64,000 bases of DNA from Marispirochaeta sp. (GTDB lineage Bacteria > Spirochaetota > Spirochaetia > JC444 > Marispirochaetaceae). The notes beneath the pieces are model-generated. The model worked only from the letters and a program-made list of their open reading frames with translations, searched no databases and was not told where the DNA came from. The first letter of the stretch is position 1, and each line of letters begins with the position of its first letter. Where the stretch lies: positions 896,001 to 960,000 of the forward strand of contig CAXXFF010000002.1 in NCBI GenBank assembly GCA_963676835.2. The letters are read 5' to 3'. Position numbers and translations under genes: made by a program. Of this stretch, positions 58,225 through 64,000 are shown one piece after another.

Positions 58225-59406
58225 ATGGCGGGAACAACATTAAAGCTGGAAAAGAGCACCTCCGGAACCCTCAGCGATTCCATGGTTCTTTCCGGCAAAT
58301 ATCTGCTTACACATATTGGCCAACGGTATTGCACCAGCAGGCGTATTCCCCTTCGCGATCTGCGTCTGCATTCAGGTGTATCCGGAACCGGGTTCGCCTG
58401 GAATAATTTCAGGCCTGTTTTTACCCAGCAGCTTGTTTCTCATTCTCTCCTGTCCGATGTTGATCTGGAACGTCTTGAGTTTATGAGCAAACGTTCGGAG
58501 CTGATCAAGGCAACTACCCATATTTCGCGTGGTTTTCTTCAATGGCGGTTCAAGTTGGAGATGAAGAACTTTGTAGAGAACACCAGTGTGATTAAATCCC
58601 TCTACAGCAGTCCTGCGGCAAAGCGGATCAGTACAGATAAAATCGCCGCTTTTCTTAAAAGCCGGAAGCAGGAAATTCTCCTGCTTCAGCAGCATCTGTT
58701 TTCTACTGTTTCAGCTTTAATGGATAAAAAGAAGCCCTGCGCCGACAAGCTGCGGACGGAGCGGAAGCAGAGTCTGGGAGTTTTTCTTGCCAGTTTAAGT
58801 GGTGAATCCTGGTTTTTCCTCACCCTGATATTCCGGTCCAGGAGCAGTGATTTCTTTATGTCCATGCTTGCAGATTATCTTCTGCTTTCCATCGAACGGC
58901 TGGAAATTTCCGACTATATTTCACTGCTGCTGGTTGAGTTTGTGCAGCATGCCGAACGGGCCCATCTGGTAAACCTCGGGGAGCGCGACCAGTATGTCCG
59001 AACCCATCCTGAGGAGTTGAACCGCCTGCTGGCGGATCCACGTTTCCGGGAAAGGCTGATTCAGCGTGCAGAACGAAAAAGCGAACTGGTGAATGTTCAT
59101 TATGGTTTTTCCGCGCCGGAACAGACCGGCAATGAACTCTTTTCCATTTCCGTACGGAATAAAGGTCTTATCGGATATAAATCCCGGGCGGAAGTTGTAA
59201 ACAAGCGGAGTAAACAGTTGGTGAATACCCCGCTGAAGCAGTTTCTTAAAGAGTCGCAGTTCGGTGCCGGCACCGACAGTATGGCCGCTTTGTATGTAAC
59301 CAGCCTTGAAAATGCCTGCAGCAGTGCAAACATCTGTTTCGACTCCCATGTCTGCAGGGATGAACGCAAGGACGAGACAGTTTCCCGGATCAGCTTACAT
59401 ATGTAA
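58225..59406 (+). CDS. Hypothetical protein, possibly with a degenerate GHKL-like C-terminus
   Basis: 393-aa ORF filling the gap; upstream TTGCGC-17-TACTAT. Confidence 0.65.
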   Translation: MAGTTLKLEKSTSGTLSDSMVLSGKYLLTHIGQRYCTSRRIPLRDLRLHSGVSGTGFAWNNFRPVFTQQLVSHSLLSDVDLERLEFMSKRSELIKATTHISRGFLQWRFKLEMKNFVENTSVIKSLYSSPAAKRISTDKIAAFLKSRKQEILLLQQHLFSTVSALMDKKKPCADKLRTERKQSLGVFLASLSGESWFFLTLIFRSRSSDFFMSMLADYLLLSIERLEISDYISLLLVEFVQHAERAHLVNLGERDQYVRTHPEELNRLLADPRFRERLIQRAERKSELVNVHYGFSAPEQTGNELFSISVRNKGLIGYKSRAEVVNKRSKQLVNTPLKQFLKESQFGAGTDSMAALYVTSLENACSSANICFDSHVCRDERKDETVSRISLHM

Positions 59407-60372
59407 GGATCTGTACCAGTTTATAGTCTCTTCTATGCCTTCCTTCAGACCGGTAACCGCAAAATTGAACTTCTCTGCAAAGGCTGAACCATCCACCACG
59501 TAGGCTTCTTCCTTCTGATAGAGCATTTCCGGCAGTTCCCGGATTACCGGATCAAAGAGTCCCAGTGCTTTCAGGACAAATCCGGGGATGCTTGAGAAAT
59601 TGCCTTCTCTTCCAATACGTTCTGCAAACATGGCTGCAATTTCCCGGGTGCTGGTGGTTTCTCTGTTGGCAACAATCCATGGACTGCCCAGAGCCTCTTC
59701 TGTGTGTGCGGCCAGAGCCAGGGCGCGGCCGAAGTCTTTTACGAAGGTGTAGGTGTGGGGACTGTCCAGCTTGCCGATAAAAACTCCTTTGCCTTTTTTA
59801 AAAAGCGGATTCAGGAAGCGGTCTGTTCCGAACATGCTCTGATCCGTCGCTCCCGGACCGTAATAGTCGGATCCCCGGACAGACGTCCATCTTAGCCCCC
59901 GGTTTTTTGCTGTGGTGACCAGTTCTCCGTGCAGCCTTTCCCGGATTGCCCCCTTTTTGGAAGGGGGATCAACCGGCGATTCTGTGTTTATGACGGAAAT
60001 GCCCCGTTTATACATATAGAGGTTTTCGGAGAGCGCCAGTACCGCATTCTGCTGCAGAGCTGCCTCAATCATGTTTTCCTGTACCACCGGAAGAATGCTG
60101 TTCCACTGGTGGTAAAGTGGATTGACGCAGTGAAAAATATGAGAAGCCCCTTCTGCCGCGTGTAATACCTCTTCCCTGTTGAGGGCATCGACCTTAACAA
60201 TCTCCAGTAAAGATGCATAGGCAGGATCCTGTAGTTCTCTGGCGACTGATCTCCGCAGAGGGGAAAGATCTCCGCTTCTGTTTGCCATGCGGACCTTGTG
60301 TCCCTCTTTTATCAATGATGCTGCGGTGTGCAGTCCAATCGGCCCGGTTCCAAAAACAACCTGTAAACCCAT
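59395..60372 (-). CDS. NAD-dependent epimerase/dehydratase (atypical SDR)
   Basis: FGTGPIG, ENLYMY, KG.IR and DYYGP; ATG 60372 suits the AAGGAG spacing. Confidence 0.88.
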   Translation of the reverse strand: MGLQVVFGTGPIGLHTAASLIKEGHKVRMANRSGDLSPLRRSVARELQDPAYASLLEIVKVDALNREEVLHAAEGASHIFHCVNPLYHQWNSILPVVQENMIEAALQQNAVLALSENLYMYKRGISVINTESPVDPPSKKGAIRERLHGELVTTAKNRGLRWTSVRGSDYYGPGATDQSMFGTDRFLNPLFKKGKGVFIGKLDSPHTYTFVKDFGRALALAAHTEEALGSPWIVANRETTSTREIAAMFAERIGREGNFSSIPGFVLKALGLFDPVIRELPEMLYQKEEAYVVDGSAFAEKFNFAVTGLKEGIEETINWYRSLHM

Positions 60373-60401
60373 AAACATGCTCCTTAATGCTCTCTGTTTG
60401 T

Positions 60402-60475
60402 TGTTGGCGGCGCCAACATTGAGATGAATATACCTCCTAAAGTAGGCGGTGTCAACATTGTTGGCAAAGTTTACA
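60402..60475. promoter_or_regulatory. Three TetR-type operator boxes
   Basis: TGTTGGCG-g-CGCCAACA (60402-60418), AGTAGGCGGTGTCAACA (60441-60457) and TGTTGGCAAAGTTTACA (60459-60475). Confidence 0.75.
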
Positions 60476-60517
60476 TTGCCTATTCAGTTTTTATGTTTCT
60501 CTGGTTATACTGTAGCT

Positions 60518-61099
60518 ATGTCTGAGACACAGCGGTATCATCATGGAAATCTGCGGCAGGCTCTGATCGATGCCGGCCTTTCTGCTCTGGAAGAATCCGG
60601 GCTGGATGAACTCAGCCTGCGGGCTCTGGCGGAATCTCTGGGGGTATCCAAGGCTGCACCCTACCGCCACTTTAAGACCAAGAATGAACTGCTTGCGGCC
60701 CTGGCGGCAGAGGGCTACCAGCTTTTGGCGGATCTTCTGGAGAACAGTGAAGAGAAGCTTCTTAAGCTTGAGGGTGCTGAGGTTTCCCGGGAGATGTACC
60801 GGATCTACGGTGATTTTGCCCTGTCCCGGCCGGAGCTCTACCGCCTTATGTTTTCCCGTCTTGGTAACAGTCTGCATTCAGAACGCTGCCGTCTGAACGG
60901 GGAGCGTGCCTTTGCCAGCTTGGGCCGGCTGGCTTCAAGAATTCAGGGAACTGCTGAGGATCCGCGAAAACTGATACTCTCCCTCTATGCTTCCCTTCAC
61001 GGCTGGGTCATGCTCCTTATGGACGATCTTATTCCCCCCGAAGTTGGTGTGACTCCGGAAAACTGGCAGGCCTTCGCTCTTCTTCCACAAGAACAATGA
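60518..61099 (+). CDS. TetR family regulator (WHG-type C-terminus)
   Basis: YHHGNLR, LSLRALA..LGVS.AAPYRHF and LHG. Confidence 0.93.
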   Translation: MSETQRYHHGNLRQALIDAGLSALEESGLDELSLRALAESLGVSKAAPYRHFKTKNELLAALAAEGYQLLADLLENSEEKLLKLEGAEVSREMYRIYGDFALSRPELYRLMFSRLGNSLHSERCRLNGERAFASLGRLASRIQGTAEDPRKLILSLYASLHGWVMLLMDDLIPPEVGVTPENWQAFALLPQEQ

Positions 61100-61112
61100 A
61101 AGGATAATTTAG

Positions 61113-62228
61113 ATGCATCAGGGTTTTTTCGAGAAATACAATATTGATCCCCTTCAGTTCGACCGCAGCGGTCTGCGCTGGAATGAGCTTGAGTCCATAT
61201 CTGAACATTACAGCTCAGTCCGCAAGGATCTGGAGGCAACCGCCCGTTACACGGTGGATAATATCCTGAGCTGTTCCCTGGTGCACTCCATCAACTACCG
61301 CATCAAGGACAATGAACATCTTCTGGAGAAGATTATCAGAAAGTGTGTGGCCGACCCCGAGCGCTGCATTACCCTGGAGAATTACCAGCAGGAGATATCC
61401 GATCTTATCGGAGTCCGGGTTCTCCATCTCTTCAAGGAGGACTGGAGCGGCATCCATGAGTTTATCAGCCGCTCCTGGGAGCTGGCGGAGGCGCCGGTTG
61501 CCTATGTCCGCAAAGGGGACAGCCGCAGAATTGTGGATTTCTACCAGGAAAACAACTGCCGTATCGAGGAGCATCCCCATGGTTACCGCTCTGTCCACTA
61601 TCTGATTCAGTCCGGCAGCGGCAAGCGTTCATTTACCGTGGAACTTCAGGTGCGAACTCTCTTCGAGGAGGCCTGGGGGGAGATTGATCATGTTGTCCGC
61701 TATCCCTATCACAGAAACAACGAGCTGCTTGTCCGCCTTTCATCCATCCTGAACCGTCTTTCCGGAGATGCCGATGAGTTAGGTACCTACATGCGTTATC
61801 TCAACCATCAGATGCAGACGACAGAAGAGATTCACCGCAAGGAGATTGAGAATAAAAACCGCCTTATCGACTCCCTGAAGGAGAGTATTGAAAATCTCAA
61901 GATTGACTCCGCAGAAAAGCATACCCTTACCAGTACCCTGAATGCCCTTGAGGCTGAGCAGGCGAATGCGGCCAGGGAAGAAGAGAGTTTTATGTGGCTG
62001 AACTCTTTTCTGGAGACTGATCTCTTTAAAAGCCTGAGTTCCCGTATTAATGAGATTGTCTCATCAGCAGATTTTGATCCCATCGAGGTCAGTGAGGAGG
62101 ATATTGAAATCCTTGGAAATGCCCAGGGAGAGCTTTTACAGATACTGGGAAACAAAGAGAAGATGCAGAAGTTTCTGGAAGACAAGCATGTGCAGACCCT
62201 TATGAATCAGATAGGCGATGAAAGCTGA
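61113..62228 (+). CDS. Small alarmone synthetase (RelA/SpoT synthetase domain) with coiled-coil C-terminal extension
   Basis: RIKD..HLLEKI.RK, DLIGVR, GYRSVHY and ELQVRT..EEAWGEIDH; no HD domain. Confidence 0.9.
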   Translation: MHQGFFEKYNIDPLQFDRSGLRWNELESISEHYSSVRKDLEATARYTVDNILSCSLVHSINYRIKDNEHLLEKIIRKCVADPERCITLENYQQEISDLIGVRVLHLFKEDWSGIHEFISRSWELAEAPVAYVRKGDSRRIVDFYQENNCRIEEHPHGYRSVHYLIQSGSGKRSFTVELQVRTLFEEAWGEIDHVVRYPYHRNNELLVRLSSILNRLSGDADELGTYMRYLNHQMQTTEEIHRKEIENKNRLIDSLKESIENLKIDSAEKHTLTSTLNALEAEQANAAREEESFMWLNSFLETDLFKSLSSRINEIVSSADFDPIEVSEEDIEILGNAQGELLQILGNKEKMQKFLEDKHVQTLMNQIGDES

Positions 62229-62464
62229 TGGACGACCTTTTTTCCCCCGACGCCCTGATCAAACTCGCCAACTTCCGTATGCCCTTCGGCAAGTATGCCG
62301 ACAGGCTGCTGCTGGAGATTCCCGAAGAGTACTACATCTGGTTCAAGGAAAAGGGCTTTCCCGATGGGGATTTGGGCCGGCAGATGGAAGCCATCCTTGA
62401 TATAAAGTGCAACGGCCTTGAGTATCTTCTGCGACCCCTTGTTAAGCCCCGCCGGGATTATTAA
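62228..62464 (+). CDS. DUF3820 family protein
   Basis: MPFGKY..R.L..IPEEY..WF...GFP.G.LG and IK.NGLE.LL.PL. Confidence 0.85.
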   Translation: MDDLFSPDALIKLANFRMPFGKYADRLLLEIPEEYYIWFKEKGFPDGDLGRQMEAILDIKCNGLEYLLRPLVKPRRDY

Positions 62465-62485
62465 GCTTACAAAATAAATAATCTA

Positions 62486-62538
62486 TAGACTTTTTGATCA
62501 TTTCTCACTATCTTCACTACATACCCCTGGGGGGTATG
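62486..62538 (+). promoter_or_regulatory. copA promoter with CsoR-type operator
   Basis: TAGACT-17-TATCTT, then CATACCCC-tgg-GGGGTATG (62520-62538) at the predicted +1. Confidence 0.8.
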
Positions 62539-62550
62539 TCTGGAGCTTGT

Positions 62551-64000
62551 ATGGATAGTCCTGCGAAAATAGTTCAATTAGATATTGAGGGAATGACCTG
62601 CGCATCCTGCGTGGCTCATGTTGAGAAGGCGATAAAAAAGCATGCCGGTATCGATATGGCGGCGGTCAACCTTGCAACAGAAAAAGCGACGGTAAGCTAT
62701 GATCCCGCAGAAGTGGATTTGAATACCATTATTCAGAGTGTTTCCGATGCAGGCTACTCTGCTGCGGAATATTCCGGCGAAGAGAGCGATGAAGCTGCTG
62801 CGGGAAAAAAGCGGGAAGCCCGGCTGCTTGGTATGGAAACCCTTGCTTCGCTTATTCTCAGTGCTCCCCTTGTTCTGGCTATGGCTGCAGGTATGTTGAG
62901 AATCGAGCCCCTGATGTTTCTTCACAATCCGCTCCTTCAGCTTCTCCTGGCAACTCCGGTGCAGTTCTGGATCGGAAGACGTTTTTATATACCCGCGTTC
63001 CGGTCTCTCAAATCCCTCAATCCGGGGATGGATGTACTGGTCGTTATGGGAACCTCCGCGGCCTATCTTTTCAGTATTTTCAATGGATTCTTTGCGGCTT
63101 CCCTTGGAATCGAGTCCGGAGGGCTCTATTTTGAAGCCTCTTCCGTAATTATTACCCTGGTGCTGCTGGGGCGCTTTCTCGAACAGCGGGCAAAGGGAAA
63201 AACCTCGGAGGCTCTTAAGAAATTAATGGGGCTGCAGCCGAAAACCGCCCGGGTGGAACGGGACGGCGAAGTTATTACAGTTCCTGCGGCGGATGTGGAA
63301 GCCGGTGATATTCTGCATATCAAGCCCGGAGAAAGGTTTCCCGTGGACGGTTCCGTTACAGAAGGCCTTACCACAGCCGATGAAAGCATGATAAGCGGTG
63401 AGAGTCTTCCGGTAGATAAAACCATCGGCGATAAAGTACTGAGCGGGACAATAAACGGTTACGGTTCCATCCGCTACCGGGCCGAGCAGGTGGGAAGCGA
63501 ATCGGTACTCAGCCGGATTATAGCTGTTGTGGAAGAGGCCCAGGGGTCGAAAGCACCCATTCAGAAGCTTGCCGATAAAATTGCCGCAGTATTTGTTCCT
63601 GTGGTTCTGGGCATAGCTCTGCTTACCTTTCTTGTCTGGTGGCTTTGGGCCGGAACATTTCAGGATGGTCTTATTGCGGCAGTTGCGGTGCTGGTTATTG
63701 CCTGTCCCTGCGCTCTCGGACTTGCCACTCCCACGGCGATTATGGTGGGTACCGGGGTTGGTGCAGGCCGGGGAATTCTGATTCGCAACGGTGAAGTTCT
63801 GCAGCAGGCCGGCCGGATAGATACGGTTGTACTGGACAAGACAGGCACTATCACCATGGGAAAACCCAGGCTGCAGCATGTGTATGCCGGCGAAGGAGCT
63901 GAAACCGGCGGACTTCTGTCTGTTGCAGCATCGCTGGAGGCACATTCCGAACATCCTCTGGCTCTGGCGATTGTTGACGCTGCAGAGAAGCAGGGCCTGA
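62551..64000 (+). CDS. copA: Cu(I)-translocating P1B-type ATPase, runs off the window end (absent from the ORF track)
   Basis: Translated by hand: MDSPAKIVQLDIEGMTCASC (HMA), YFEAS, SGES, IACPCALGLATP, DKTGT and SEHPL. Confidence 0.95.
   Translation, partial: MDSPAKIVQLDIEGMTCASCVAHVEKAIKKHAGIDMAAVNLATEKATVSYDPAEVDLNTIIQSVSDAGYSAAEYSGEESDEAAAGKKREARLLGMETLASLILSAPLVLAMAAGMLRIEPLMFLHNPLLQLLLATPVQFWIGRRFYIPAFRSLKSLNPGMDVLVVMGTSAAYLFSIFNGFFAASLGIESGGLYFEASSVIITLVLLGRFLEQRAKGKTSEALKKLMGLQPKTARVERDGEVITVPAADVEAGDILHIKPGERFPVDGSVTEGLTTADESMISGESLPVDKTIGDKVLSGTINGYGSIRYRAEQVGSESVLSRIIAVVEEAQGSKAPIQKLADKIAAVFVPVVLGIALLTFLVWWLWAGTFQDGLIAAVAVLVIACPCALGLATPTAIMVGTGVGAGRGILIRNGEVLQQAGRIDTVVLDKTGTITMGKPRLQHVYAGEGAETGGLLSVAASLEAHSEHPLALAIVDAAEKQGL

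Noticed and set aside
58179..58406. 75-aa ORF starting just after the TACTAT -10 box
   Set aside because: It overlaps the longer 393-aa ORF in another frame and has no motif; a frameshift could not be supported.

Overview
Gene-dense bacterial chromosomal window, most likely from a free-living spirochaete (inferred from signal-peptide style and gene content; not verified). Left to right it holds: (1) a putative pyrimidine/nucleoside-derived catabolic and uptake neighbourhood (cyclic amidohydrolase, MmgE/PrpD, M20 carbamoylase, NMT1/THI5 ABC transporter, nitrilase, Crp/Fnr regulator, uridine phosphorylase, ECF transporter). This is split by an AT-rich patch with higBA, an orphan vapB-like gene, an FGE-fold lipoprotein and an MNT-HEPN pair that is bracketed by a near-identical, internally deleted copy of the neighbouring gene's 3' end. 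(2) A complete non-flagellar chemosensory operon, starting with a PilZ gene and ending in a REC-adenylate cyclase. (3) BrnT TA, cidA/lrgB, and a 1480-aa lipoprotein TPR-CHAT protease. (4) A second ECF transporter, a CX5R phosphatase, and an NrtR operon with tandem operators and a nucleoside-deoxyribosyltransferase-like gene. (5) Signalling genes, larA, a partner-switching cluster, TetR, a small alarmone synthetase, and a partial copA with a CsoR-type operator. Regulatory signals read directly from the DNA include a candidate Crp/Fnr motif AGGnCA-N2-TGnCCT at class II position in three promoters, and many apparently leaderless genes. No rRNA, tRNA, CRISPR array, integrase, transposase or reverse transcriptase was seen. 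All family assignments come from motif recognition, not database searches.
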